The notes beneath the pieces were generated by a model. That model saw only the letters and a list, made by a program, of their open reading frames with translations. It did not search any database and was not told where the DNA came from. A stretch of 62,000 nucleotides of DNA from Octopus vulgaris. Its lineage: Eukaryota. Positions 52,615 to 61,409 of this stretch are shown one piece after another. A program made the position numbers and the translations under genes. Numbering within the stretch: position 1 is the stretch's first letter; the number at the start of each line of letters is the position of its first letter. The stretch spans positions 32,322,001-32,384,000 of the forward strand of contig OX597824.1 in assembly GCA_951406725.2 (NCBI GenBank), written 5' to 3'.

Positions 52615-55600
52615 ATGGAAACAAGAGAAGCTTTCCTTAAAAATTTTTGAAGCAAAATTGAAATCATATTACTTATTTTTCATAAGATCGTTCTTCTAAT
52701 GTTCTGTAAAATTAATATAAACTACATGTCATCATAAGCTTCAGACTTTTATTGTCAGAATTAGTATGAGACGACAAGCAGTGGCAGACAACACAAAGAA
52801 TCTGTGCAAGGGAAGCAACACGAGCTGTTGCATCCCTTTCAGTGTAATTTTTAAACATTTTTTCTGATAAAAATGCCACAAAGACAATTTTTTTCTTGTA
52901 AGAGCTGATAACGAATAGTTTTAGATGTTAATAAATACTTATACACTTAGATTAAGTTACTGTCAATTTGCAATACCTATGATATATATATATCTATCAA
53001 CATATATATGTATCATATTTTATTATTAGTTTGAGTTTGTCATTTCCAATCTTCAGGTGATAATGGAAAGACAGAACTTTGGGAAAGTATTTGAAGATAA
53101 ATGAAAGAGATCTTCAAAAATCAAAGCATAAGATGAATTTTCTCAGGAAGCTTGAAACAAAACGATCTTGTTGAATGAAAAATATGACTGATACTGTTCT
53201 GCTATATGTTATTATTATAATTACATTCTATCATATCATTGTTTTATATCTACTTTTCTCATCTGGTATGTATAAAACAGGGAATTTTGAGGCAGCATTT
53301 TACTATGGAAACCCTTATTGGCACCAACTCTTATTTCCTATAATATGTAAAGATACATACTAATTCTAAAAACTGAAACATTTTTAGGGTTTGAGCAACA
53401 CATTTGCTCAGTAAAAAATCCTTGAGCTTCCTTGAAGGGGTTATGCAGAACCCTTTTGTTCACTTGTATACTACTCTGCTGTTTAATATCCTCATATTTA
53501 ACTACCAAAAAAATTGGCAATAATATTATCAGAGTAGAAGATTTGACTAGAGTAGAAACAGGTTGTATTGCTGGCTTTTTGCTATTGGTAAAGAGTAACT
53601 CGATTTACTTTGCTTTTGGTAAGACAAAAGTAATTTTTTATGATCTAAGATGATAATGTCAAAAGAATTAAATTTATGTTAAAAAAAAATCAACATGCAC
53701 ACACATAAACTGCAGGGAGGTGAGCCCTTAAAAGTTTTAGGCAAAGGGAAAAGCAACTGGTTTGTGGCAACAGTATACTTGAACATGTTATGATTAGTTT
53801 TTGGAATGTTTTATTACTTTTCTACATGCAAAATAATAAGCAGGAAATTTAAATTGACTGAATTTTTAATCATACATGACTTACAGTTACTCAAGTCAAA
53901 TATAAATATATGTTTCATAAAAAAATGTTTTGAGAGAAAATAATCTTAAATGTTCATTTTTAAATAGCATTGAATTATAATTTTTCTCAGGATGTTTGAT
54001 CAAAATTATTATTGGGGAGTTTTGATTGAACATTCTAAAAAGAAAGTTGTAATTCCTCTGTTTATAAAGAGTGAATCCATGAACTTAAAGTTTGTTTGGT
54101 AAGTGGAATGCATGACTCTCTTGGCTCTGGAGTCACTTACGTAACTTTACAAGAGAATAAAAGATATACATACTCCTATGTATTGAGTTCTATTACTCCT
54201 GTTTGTTACAACAAGCTACAAATACACAGACACACACACATGCACACACATACACACACACACATGTGCATCTGTATATAAATGTATGTGTGTGCGTGTG
54301 TATATATAATTGTAAATATATGTGTTGAGTTGTCATGTTTTAGGCAACACTAAAGAATGCTCGCAACCCTGCATTGTCTTCATTTGTTCACCAGGTACTT
54401 CACAGAACATATTTTAACTCTGCTGGATGCATTTCATTGTGGCTCCAGCACTAGAGTAGTGGCCTTGTCTCATGCAAGTCTAAAAAGATTTTTATTGCTA
54501 GAAGGAATTGTGAACAGAATGATAGAATCTAGACAGTGATGACAGTGATATAGTGGAAAGTATTGATAAAGAAATGCATTTATAGGCAGTTGCATATAAA
54601 GTAAAGACAGGGTGGTGTAAGGAAGAGAAATAGAAATGTGGGGAGAGAAATCTATATAAAAAAAAAGAGTAGAAATGTCCATATCAATAATGAGTGACAA
54701 GAATAGAAGTAAAATGAGAAGGAGAGTGAAGTGATGAAGAATAGTAAAAATGGGAGATAGTATGAAATAGTATGAGAGGGTAAGTGATAGCATCAGGGAG
54801 GGATAATTGTGAGAGAGAGAGTGAAGGCTATCAATGAAAGATGCTATTGAGGAGAGAGAAGGATGGCTTGGAATAAAGAAAGGTGGTAGTAAATGATACT
54901 GAATATTGAATATGGACAGTTCTGCTGCCATTCCTTGATACATGTGTTTTTATGGAAAGAATGTTGGTGCGGGAAAATTGTATATGGAGAGATCCTATGT
55001 TATCCTTTATTATCGGAATGAAATGAGTGGCCAAGGCTGTTTTGGATGCTGACGGTTTGGCACAGCTGCTTTGGTGGCAGTAATTTTTGGCACTGGAGGC
55101 AAACACAACCCCCAACCACACATACACGCATATGCATGCATGCACAAAAATATACAGAAGCAGATAGAGAAGGAGAGAAAAAGAGAGAGTAAGACAGGGA
55201 GTGAGAAGCATTATAATTCCTTAACTGATCATGATTGACATAAACACTTTTGCTTCTCCTCACACACTTAAAGAGAAATGTATTTACACATATGGCATAG
55301 AAGTGGCTGTATGGTAAGTAGCTTGCTTATGAACCACATGGTTCCGGGTTCAGTCCCACTGTGGGGGCACCTTGGGCAAGTGTCTTCTACTATAGTCTCG
55401 GGCTCACCAAAGCCTTGTGAGTGGATTTGGCAGACGAAAACTGAAAAAAGCCTGTCGTATATATGTATAAATATATGTGTGTGTGTGTGTGTTTGTGTGT
55501 CTGTGTTTGTCCCCCCAACATCGCTTGACAACCGATGCTGGTGTGTTTACGTCCCCGTAACTTAGCGGTTCGGCAAAAGAGATCGATAGAATAAGTACTA

Positions 55601-56728
55601 GGCTTACAAAGAATAAATCCTGGGGTCGATTTACTCGACTAAATGCGGTGCTCCAGCATGACCACAGTCAAATGACTGAAACAAGTAAAAGAGTAAAAGA
55701 AAAGAGTATATAAAGAGAGAGAGGAAGTGAGAGAGGGATGAAGAGAAGGCAGTGGAGACATATATAGAAACGTCTGATAACAAAAAAGTCAGCATTGAAT
55801 CAACAACACCAAAAGGGTGGTACCAAAACTGCTCAGTCTCTAATTACCAAAATAGTATGGGTGAGTCAAATAAGAGAGAGGGTGAGGGATGTATGAGAGA
55901 GTGGTAGACAGACACATCATCATCATCATTTAACGTCCGCTTTCCATGCTAGCATCGGTTGGACGGTTCAACTGGGGTCTGGGGAGCCCGAAAGCTGCAC
56001 CAGTCCAGTCAGATCTGGCAGTGTTTCTACAGCTGGATGCCCTTCCTAACGCCAACCACTCTGAGAGTGGCAAACGGCCACGCTCGGATGGTGTTTTTAT
56101 GTGCCACCGACACAGGTGCCAGATGAGGCTGGCAAACGGCCACGATCGGATGGTGTTTGTTACGTGCCCACAGCACGGAGGCCAGTCGATGCGGTACTGG
56201 CTACAGCCACGTTCAGATGGTTTTCTTGTGTGCCACGTGCCACCGGCACTGGTACCACAAAGATACAAATTCCATTATGTTCATCTATTTTGATTTGTTT
56301 TGATTTAAAAATATGTGTGAGAGACTTAAATGTATAGAAGAATAGGAGGAGGAATGAGAAATGAGAAACTGTGTGACAAGTGAGAAAGGAATGAAGAAAG
56401 AAATAGCCAGAGATATATCAGGAGTATCAATATCATGTTTTTTTTTACCTGTTTATGTACACACACAAACACAAACACACACACACACAACACCCATGTA
56501 TATTTATATACATATGTGTCTCTGTCTATGTCTCTCTCTCCCTATATATATGTGTATACATACATATGTATTTACTCATATATATATTTATATATATATA
56601 CATACATGTTAGTATATATTTGTGTTTGTATATATATTCATATATATATATAAATGTATGTACATATGTACAAATAAATGCACATGCAAATATAAAACAT
56701 ATACATACAGATATACATACATAGGTGC

Positions 56729-56767
<39 letters not shown>

Positions 56768-56892
56768 GACATTTATATATGTGCATATATGTACATACAT
56801 AAGTAAATATATATATATATGGGTATAAATGTATTTAATTAAAGTTTCATATATACAAAGAAATATATATAAGACACATATGTGTGTATGTC

Positions 56893-56931
<39 letters not shown>

Positions 56932-59900
56932 GCAAAGACACACCTGCACATAAATAATTCTGTAAAATATGTAACTGAATAAAAAGAAAATATAATTTTA
57001 CCAAGAATGATTCTGATGACGTAATATTTTTCATTTTCAAGAAAATATCAAAGAACTTTAGAATCATCTGAAAAATACAAGAAAAGGTAAGACACATATT
57101 TAATAATTTGTGAAATAGATTCCAGTATGAGTTATTAAATTTTCTCAAATAATGACATAGGCATAAAATAATATTGTTATTTGCATATTTTAAGGATCAT
57201 TTGTTTCATTTTAATGATAGAGATCATTTTTTAAAGCTATCTTAATACCTGCTTTCACTTTCTATTAAAAGTTATGTGGTGCAGTATAATGTCACATTAT
57301 GATCCATCACTTAAATTAATTCTTTATTGCCCATAAGGGGCTAAACATAGAGGGGACAAACAAGGACAAACAAATGGATTAAGTTGATTACATCAACCCC
57401 AGTGCGTAACTGGTATTTATTTAATCGACTCCGAAAGGATGAAAGGCAAAGTTAACCTCGGGGGAATTTGAACTCAGAACGTAGCAGCAGACAAAATACC
57501 GTTAAGCATTTTGCCTGGCATGCTAAGGATTCTACCAGCTCACCACCTTTAAATTTTCTCAAATAATGACATAGGCATAAAATACTATTGCTATTTGCAT
57601 ATTTTAAGGATCATTTGTTTCATCTTAATGATAGAGATCATTAGTTTAAAGCTATCATAATACCTACTTTCACTTTTTATTAAAAGTTATGTGGTGCAGC
57701 ATAATATTATATTATGATCCATCACTTAAATGCTTGCTTGCTTCATGCTCTTGCTTAATGTGGCCGAAATCATCCCAAGTTTGTGGTCCCAGAGATGTTA
57801 TCAAGTGTAGATTTGAGCAGGTATCTACTGCTGGCAGTCTTGTGTTAGCCCCTCTGCATCCTCAAGGTCACATTGAGCCTCTGGAGATCTTCCCTAATCA
57901 TGTCCAGCTATCTGGTGCAAGGCCTACCATGTGACCTCTTCCAGCCTGCAGCTGATGCATCAAATGAACGGAAAGCCCCGGTAGAATGATCTATGGAGCA
58001 CAAATGTGGCCCTTCTCAAAGACTTTGGGAAAGAGATCAACGGCTTCAATAGCAGAACTCTGAGACCCATCGAGAACATCAGATGGTAGCACCACTTAAA
58101 TTATATTTTTAAATAACTCTAAATAACCCTTGACTATGTGATTAAGAAATTTGCTTTGCAACCACATTGCTTCATGCTTAGTCCTGCTGTACAGCATCTT
58201 GGGCAAGTATCTTCTTCAGCAGCCTCACACTTCCCAAAATCTTATAAGTGGATTTGGTAGAGTGAAACTGAAAGCAGTGAGTTACACACACAAACACGCA
58301 CACACACACACACACACGTGTATAAATGTGTGTGAGCTTGTGGATATATTTGATAAAAGTTTATAAAATTGTTAATTCCAGTTTTACAGTGGATATGTTT
58401 GAGCTAAATGGAATTCTAAACTGGAATATTTTTTTAATGTATTTGATATAACAGAGACTAACACCTTTAAAAAATTAACCATTATCTTACCTCCACATTT
58501 CCAGAAGATTCCACAAGTGTGTCTACCATTTGTTTACCAATTGGTCCATGCATAACATTACCTGGAACAAAATATAATTTGCAATTAATGTTTAATATTC
58601 TATTAATATTTCTAACCTGTTATATTACCTCAAATTTCATTTTAAGTTATTTTATAATATTAGAGATGTTGACATATTTGGTATTTTTAACTAATAGTAA
58701 AATTCGTGTAGATATTGTTGTTTTTTACTTTAACGCTAAAGATAAATAACATTAATGAAATCAAGTTCCATACCTTCAAGCATTGAAAGAAGCATGATCA
58801 TCATTTCTTTTTGTAAGTTCATGAATTCACGCAATAACTCCAATTGCTCAAAATCCTTGATAAAATTACAACAAAACAAAATTGTGTCAATATTTATTTT
58901 GATAGTTTCACAATAACAATATATCTTTACAAATTCATAGATACAGTTCAAAGTTAATTTAAAGAAATATAGATTTAGAAAAATTCAGTTAATTGAAGAC
59001 AATGGTACCATATTTGATGGCATATAAAATACACACATTTAAAAAAAGTAAGTATCAAAAAAAAAAAAATTTTCTGGGCTCTATACACCAAGTTGGGTCT
59101 TTCATAAGTTCCTTTTGTCCTTGATATTCCCTACTATAGGCTAATTTTAATGCAGATGGTCTCTTCTACCAAACATGATCTCACAATAGTAACTTACTTT
59201 TTGTACACAATAATGTTTTGGAATGTGCTGCTAGATTGCTTTGAATATTTATAAGCCTTAATGCACTAACAATTTTTTTCTGAATGTGTGCTGTTGAAAT
59301 TGAGGAGTGTCTAATATGCCTGTGTGTTTTTTATACCATCAAACTGGATAATTAATCTTTTGATATGCAGGTATTTGAAAATATCTCATGAAGTGACGAC
59401 AGTGCTATGTATAGTCATGGGCTGCCCTTTGGCAAGGCATAGCACCCATTCAGTCACCCTGCCAGGGATACAGTGAAATCATGGGTCAGCTGTATGACAG
59501 ATTAAGAAGAGGTAGCTTCTTTCATTGATGCTGAGAGTAGGAATCCTAGAAGATCAATGGTCAAGATCACCAGGCTCTATCAAGAGAGTAACTGAAACAC
59601 ATCCATAGGGGTGGTGTTCATGGTTGTGTAATCAGTTAATGAAAGATTCACTATGACTCACGTTTCCAATTCAAGTTCATTATAATGGAATCAGATAGTG
59701 AAAGAAAGCCATGGAAATCAGTGAAAGCAGGGAAAAAAGAACCAAACCACTAATAAAGGGATAAAGTTCCTTCTTGAATTATATAGGCTCACAACCAGTT
59801 TCCTGGATTCTCTGGTACATGTACTTCCCACTGGATTGCACCCCAGTCTGTCACAGGAATAGTCATTTTTACCAGCTAGGTGGAGTGGAACAATGTTAAA

Positions 59901-61266
59901 TGAAATGTTTTGCTCAAGAACACAAAGCATTGCCTGGTCCAAGAATCAAAACCACAATCTTATGATGATGAGTGCAACACTCTAACCACTAAGGCACATG
60001 CCTCTACAACCAAACAACTAAGATAAAATTAAAATTAAAATGAGAAAAAAAATCTCAAAAGTACTCACTTTTGATAATTTGTCTTGCATTTGGGCAAATA
60101 TATAAAGAAACCCACCAACAGCATCCCACAATCTGCTGTGGGCTAAAGCCAATTGGTTTTGGGCACATGGACCCTGTTATGAATAAAAAGAGAAAATGCA
60201 AAAGAGGAATTTCACAATGAAATTTCAAATAAACAAAAGCATGTCCTATTTACATGTTTATATAATGTTTAGGCATAAATATCAATGTTATATTCAAGAG
60301 AATTACCAATGCAAATGTATGATGGTTCTCAACTAATACTTTTTCATATTGCATTTATAATATGCTTTCATATCTTACTCCAGCAATCTTCAAAAATGCA
60401 CACACACACTTGCTCTGAAAATGCTTGTCAATGAAATCTTCAATGAATGGTTAGTTTAGTGTAAATATGATTTAATACATCTGGAATTGAGTGAAAATGG
60501 AATTTTAAAAAATGGTTAATTCTCTATGTTCTTACCTGAATATACTCAGTGAGTGATCTGAACACGTATTTAGCTACCATGATGGCTCGGCAAAAGTTAG
60601 CCTTTCCAGCAGGATCAATTAAGTCTTTACCGGAATAATGCCAGTAGAAGTCCATAATAGATTCCTTGAAAGGGAAGTGGAAATTATTTTAGTAGAATTC
60701 CTATGAAAATGTGTCCTTTGTCTTTCAAAAGTATATGTAAACAATACAATATTCAAATTTAAAATTTTCACAACAAACATAATACACCTGTACACAGCCT
60801 AGCCAAACCAATCCCTCCAACCAAGTACACTGCGTGAAGACTGTTTACTACAGTATAGTGCTATTCTAATGCCCTAGGGTTGATATTTTTTAAGGATATT
60901 TCACTGGTGGGGCATATATTTTTCTGGAAAGCTATAGTGGGACCTGGGAGAAAATAGTTTGGGTAACATTGCTTTAGTGTCATCATTTATTAATTTTTTA
61001 ATGCTTCTTTTATTTCTTCCTTTTTTAAAAAAATTTTTACTTTTTTTATTCAATAATTAGGTGATCAAGTTACCAGCTGATTAATTATAAGTTCTGAAAA
61101 CTTAAGAAACATGGATTAGCTAATAAATACATTTTTCACGTTCAAAATAAAAATAATAGAATAAACCAAATAGTTACTTGTAAACGAAGAAGGTAATCCA
61201 CAGTGCAAATGATAATATTCACTGTTGTATTGTTTCCTGCTTGTGTTCTGAGATAATTTTGGAATT
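5263..61266 (-). CDS. RyR: Ryanodine receptor, 3' part (5'-truncated by the window edge), 28 spliced exons plus one alternative exon
   Basis: All exons have AG/GT boundaries and join in frame (3263 nt = 2 + 1087 codons including TGA). Hallmark motifs: [105 protein letters not shown]. Confidence 0.98.
6372..6680. repeat. AT-rich inverted repeat (MITE-like fold-back)
   Basis: tattattcaaaggaattccaactctg...ttataatattaatg and its reverse complement; about 70 bp near-perfect, extending imperfectly to about 115 bp. Confidence 0.85.
6705..7130 (-). mobile_element. tRNA-derived SINE family A (head ggcgcaggagtggctgtgtggtaag...ggttcagtccc), representative copy
   Basis: A- and B-box-like motifs and an internal CA/TA microsatellite. 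Other minus copies at about 2625-2790, 16713-17120, 17315-17712, 24990-25442, 27260-27710, 27946-28422, 30245-30370, 33830-34025, 52185-52500. Confidence 0.9.
7657..7861. repeat. MITE-like element with ~30-bp TIRs
   Basis: gatggaatgaacaggctttaatccaaatca / tgattcggattaaagcctgttcattccatc, with outer ttataat/attataa. Confidence 0.8.
8847..9085 (+). mobile_element. Penelope-like fragment (3' half of the same hammerhead family; possible endonuclease C-terminal remnant)
   Basis: aacagctgtaagac...ctacacagcctt matches 33753-33810; peptide [12 protein letters not shown] resembles the PLE LxPxGLN terminus. Confidence 0.4.
9288..9339 (-). CDS. RyR: RyR exon 27: [17 protein letters not shown]
   Basis: tgacag|...|gtaaga; 52 nt. 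Confidence 0.97.
9810..10230 (-). mobile_element. Degenerate CR1/L2-like ORF2 fragment
   Basis: [28 protein letters not shown] resembles the post-RT LLTLYKxxVRPxxEYxxxIW segment. Confidence 0.5.
10905..11005 (-). CDS. RyR: RyR exon 26 (C-terminal zinc finger): [33 protein letters not shown]
   Basis: tttcag|...|gtaagt; 101 nt. Confidence 0.97.
12048..12112 (-). CDS. RyR: RyR exon 25: [21 protein letters not shown]
   Basis: ctacag|...|gtaaat; 65 nt. Confidence 0.97.
13629..13736 (-). CDS. RyR: RyR exon 24 (S6): [35 protein letters not shown]
   Basis: cttcag|...|gtatgt; 108 nt. Confidence 0.97.
13990..14170. repeat. 11-bp minisatellite (AAATTAGATGT)n, about 15 degenerate units
   Basis: Direct reading of the units. 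Confidence 0.9.
14288..14336 (-). CDS. RyR: RyR exon 23 (pore helix and filter): [16 protein letters not shown](G)
   Basis: tttcag|...|gtaagt; 49 nt. Confidence 0.97.
15264..15395 (-). CDS. RyR: RyR exon 22 (S5 and luminal loop): [27 protein letters not shown]...KCHDMAT
   Basis: ttgcag|...|gtatgt; 132 nt. Confidence 0.97.
15619..16183 (+). mobile_element. Non-autonomous mariner deletion derivative (565 bp), copy 2
   Basis: Reverse complement of 178-742, with the same TIRs, TA flanks and internal junction. Confidence 0.9.
18251..18397 (-). CDS. RyR: RyR exon 21 (S3, S4, S4-S5 linker): SFLYILWYF...[14 protein letters not shown]
   Basis: ctctag|...|gtaaat; 147 nt. Confidence 0.97.
19555..19950 (-). 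mobile_element. tRNA-headed SINE family D/E (head gtggagacgcaatggcccagtggttagg), representative copy
   Basis: Related copies at about 20740-20990, 21015-21267, 32625-32910, 36500-36725, 41865-42130, 46420-46660, 59750-60005 (minus) and 7209-7310, 8296-8480 (plus). Confidence 0.8.
20542..20602 (-). CDS. RyR: RyR exon 20: [20 protein letters not shown]
   Basis: tctcag|...|gtaagt; 61 nt. Confidence 0.96.
21417..21538 (-). CDS. RyR: RyR exon 19: [20 protein letters not shown]...HTGMLPA
   Basis: ttgtag|...|gtaagt; 122 nt. Confidence 0.95.
21723..22125 (+). mobile_element. Helitron/DINE-like repeat, copy 1
   Basis: tctattatataaaatccgttc(tg)n start; homologous to 33272-33612. Confidence 0.55.
22880..23251 (-). 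CDS. RyR: RyR exon 18 (S2 and S2S3 domain): VNKVTQAM...YWDKFVKKK
   Basis: tttcag|...|gtaagt; 372 nt. Confidence 0.97.
23334..23727 (+). mobile_element. Non-autonomous Helitron-like element
   Basis: 5' TC(AT)nAAAGCTG start, subterminal GC hairpin cccgagcaacgccggg (23700-23715), CTAG end followed by T. Confidence 0.7.
24000..24086 (-). CDS. RyR: RyR exon 17 (S1): [29 protein letters not shown]
   Basis: ttgcag|...|gtatgc; 87 nt. Confidence 0.97.
25710..25875. repeat. Long (GAA)n trinucleotide tract
   Basis: Roughly 55 purine triplets, mostly GAA. Confidence 0.95.
26205..26331 (-). CDS. RyR: RyR exon 16: [19 protein letters not shown]...AFDYGKYIL
   Basis: ttacag|...|gtaatt; 127 nt. Confidence 0.92.
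26395..26717. repeat. Spacer-less palindrome (fold-back) centred at 26591/26592, with an internal ~60-bp duplication in the left arm
   Basis: ...cagtatttg|caaatactg...; arms of about 125 bp with few mismatches. Confidence 0.95.
27114..27184 (-). CDS. RyR: RyR exon 15 (divergent region): [23 protein letters not shown]
   Basis: ttatag|...|gtacgt; 71 nt; required to restore phase between exons 14 and 16. Confidence 0.85.
28730..28955. repeat. 42-bp tandem repeat, about 5.4 units
   Basis: Unit gggcctcatggaggcgaggtggctgagttccttttgagtatt at 28730, 28772, 28814, 28856, 28898, 28940 (partial). Confidence 0.95.
29476..29692 (-). mobile_element. tRNA-derived SINE family B (head ggcggcgagctggcagaaacgttagc...gagttcaaattcc), representative copy
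   Basis: Other minus copies at about 2317-2517, 5745-5945, 9558-9790, 10625-10840, 11715-11860, 30425-30853 (two nested), 31770-31985, 46815-47005, 48845-49065, 57317-57548; plus-strand head only at 61328-61410. Confidence 0.9.
30044..30164 (-). CDS. RyR: RyR exon 14 (divergent region): [13 protein letters not shown]...GPNEMLL
   Basis: cttcag|...|gtaagt; 121 nt. Confidence 0.88.
32066..32299 (-). CDS. RyR: RyR exon 13 (divergent region): (W)[12 protein letters not shown]...KKENGLK
   Basis: The frame is kept only with the AAG acceptor (actaaaag|); donor gtaagt; 234 nt. Confidence 0.85.
33272..33612 (+). mobile_element. Helitron/DINE-like repeat, copy 2
   Basis: Shares 5' and 3' segments with 21723-22125. 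Confidence 0.55.
33661..33830 (+). mobile_element. Penelope-like element fragment with a minimal type I hammerhead motif (33719-33766)
   Basis: gtct-CTGATGA-A-GGGATAT/ATATCCC-A-GAAAC-AGCT-GTA-aggc. Confidence 0.7.
34466..34666 (-). CDS. RyR: RyR exon 12: ILEPVKATY...[11 protein letters not shown] (amphipathic/hydrophobic segment)
   Basis: tgacag|...|gtaagt; 201 nt, phase 2 to 2. Confidence 0.9.
35009..35082 (-). CDS. RyR: RyR exon 11: [24 protein letters not shown]
   Basis: cgtcag|...|gtgagt; 74 nt; completes [10 protein letters not shown]. Confidence 0.92.
35155..35525 (+). mobile_element. 5'-truncated non-LTR retrotransposon, REL endonuclease end (R4/Dong-like)
   Basis: [44 protein letters not shown], embedded in (AAT)n. 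Confidence 0.8.
35552..35730 (+). mobile_element. Second REL-type LINE 3' fragment
   Basis: [22 protein letters not shown]...[20 protein letters not shown], following an (AAT)n tract. Confidence 0.7.
36875..36973 (-). CDS. RyR: RyR exon 10: [33 protein letters not shown]
   Basis: tcctag|...|gtaagg; 99 nt. Confidence 0.97.
38053..38209 (-). CDS. RyR: RyR exon 9: [26 protein letters not shown]...QWEKPQIK
   Basis: ccttag|...|gtaaat; 157 nt. Confidence 0.97.
39032..39285. mobile_element. hAT (Charlie-like) MITE
   Basis: TIRs caatggttctcaa / ttgagaaccactg; 8-bp TSD atttagaa/atttagag (7/8 match). Confidence 0.8.
39456..39617 (-). CDS. RyR: RyR exon 8 (EF-hand 2): [36 protein letters not shown]...SEHSPNDP
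   Basis: ttgtag|...|gtaatg; 162 nt, phase 2 to 2. Confidence 0.97.
40340..41105. repeat. Compound (TA)/(CA)/(TACA) microsatellite field; many shorter (TA)n, (CA)n, (AAT)n tracts occur throughout
   Basis: Direct reading. Confidence 0.95.
43540..43880 (+). mobile_element. CR1/L2-like LINE 3' fragment
   Basis: [17 protein letters not shown]...[24 protein letters not shown]. Confidence 0.65.
44038..44420 (-). mobile_element. Retroposon family C with an (ATG)n tail and internal gtgccaccggcac subrepeats, representative copy
   Basis: Other copies at about 14588-14990, 37335-37680, 55915-56260 (minus) and 25885-26140, 28960-29280 (plus). Confidence 0.85.
45327..45406 (-). CDS. RyR: RyR exon 7b (EF-hand 1, variant b): [26 protein letters not shown](N)
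   Basis: tttgcctctgccctatcag|...|gtaagt; 80 nt, phase 0 to 2; paralog of exon 7a. Confidence 0.92.
47080..47610. repeat. Head-to-head inverted pair of a composite repeat (tRNA-like head remnant, (AAT)n, Penelope-like hammerhead tail)
   Basis: Arms about 47080-47341 and 47366-47610 are reverse complements with scattered mismatches. Confidence 0.9.
47885..48280 (+). mobile_element. Third copy of the composite element, with an A-box-like head
   Basis: tggcatagtggttaagag...ccgagtttgcttcc head, (AAT/GAT)n, then gacacctgatggaggctgg..cagccgaaacgtgtt. Confidence 0.75.
50750..50829 (-). CDS. RyR: RyR exon 7a (EF-hand 1, variant a): [26 protein letters not shown](R)
   Basis: ctatag|...|gtgtgt; 80 nt, phase 0 to 2; fits between exons 6 and 8. 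Confidence 0.92.
51966..52174. mobile_element. Tigger/pogo-like MITE
   Basis: Starts cagtaatcccttgactattgtgg; ends cgtgataggtgaac..ggattaccg. Confidence 0.6.
55293..55705 (+). mobile_element. SINE family A copy antisense to RyR
   Basis: Full-length reverse complement of the 6705-7130 type. Confidence 0.9.
57002..57067 (-). CDS. RyR: RyR exon 6: [22 protein letters not shown]
   Basis: tttcag|...|gtaaaa; 66 nt. Confidence 0.95.
57135..57731. repeat. ~182-bp direct duplication (57135-57316 and 57549-57731) flanking a SINE B copy
   Basis: ttaaattttctcaaataatgacatagg...gatccatcacttaaat on both sides. Confidence 0.92.
57735..58095 (-). mobile_element. RTE-clade LINE ORF C-terminal fragment
   Basis: [29 protein letters not shown]..., matching the RTE C-terminal GxRxxGRPxxRWxD pattern. 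Confidence 0.7.
58491..58561 (-). CDS. RyR: RyR exon 5: [23 protein letters not shown]
   Basis: ttccag|...|gtaaga; 71 nt. Confidence 0.96.
58774..58855 (-). CDS. RyR: RyR exon 4: [27 protein letters not shown](G)
   Basis: atcaag|...|gtatgg; 82 nt. Confidence 0.95.
60069..60173 (-). CDS. RyR: RyR exon 3: [23 protein letters not shown]...KLSK
   Basis: taacag|...|gtgagt; 105 nt. Confidence 0.96.
60536..60664 (-). CDS. RyR: RyR exon 2: [14 protein letters not shown]...SLTEYIQ
   Basis: ttcaag|...|gtaaga; 129 nt. Confidence 0.96.
61178..61266 (-). CDS. RyR: RyR exon 1 (in-window numbering): (x)[29 protein letters not shown]
   Basis: ctacag|...|gtaact; 89 nt. Confidence 0.96.
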
Positions 61267-61409
61267 CTGTAGAGAAAAAGATAAAAATGGTTTTTATTGA
61301 GATTGCTTAGTTAAATATTTTAGTCAAGAAGGCGGTGAGCTGGCAGAAATGTTAGCATGCCGGGTGAAATACTTAGAGGTATTTCATCTGTCTTAACGTT
61401 CTGAGTTCA

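Noticed and set aside
54470-54943. 157-aa hydrophobic minus-strand ORF
   Set aside because: Translation of a low-complexity pyrimidine-rich tract; no motif and no phase-compatible splice context recognised.
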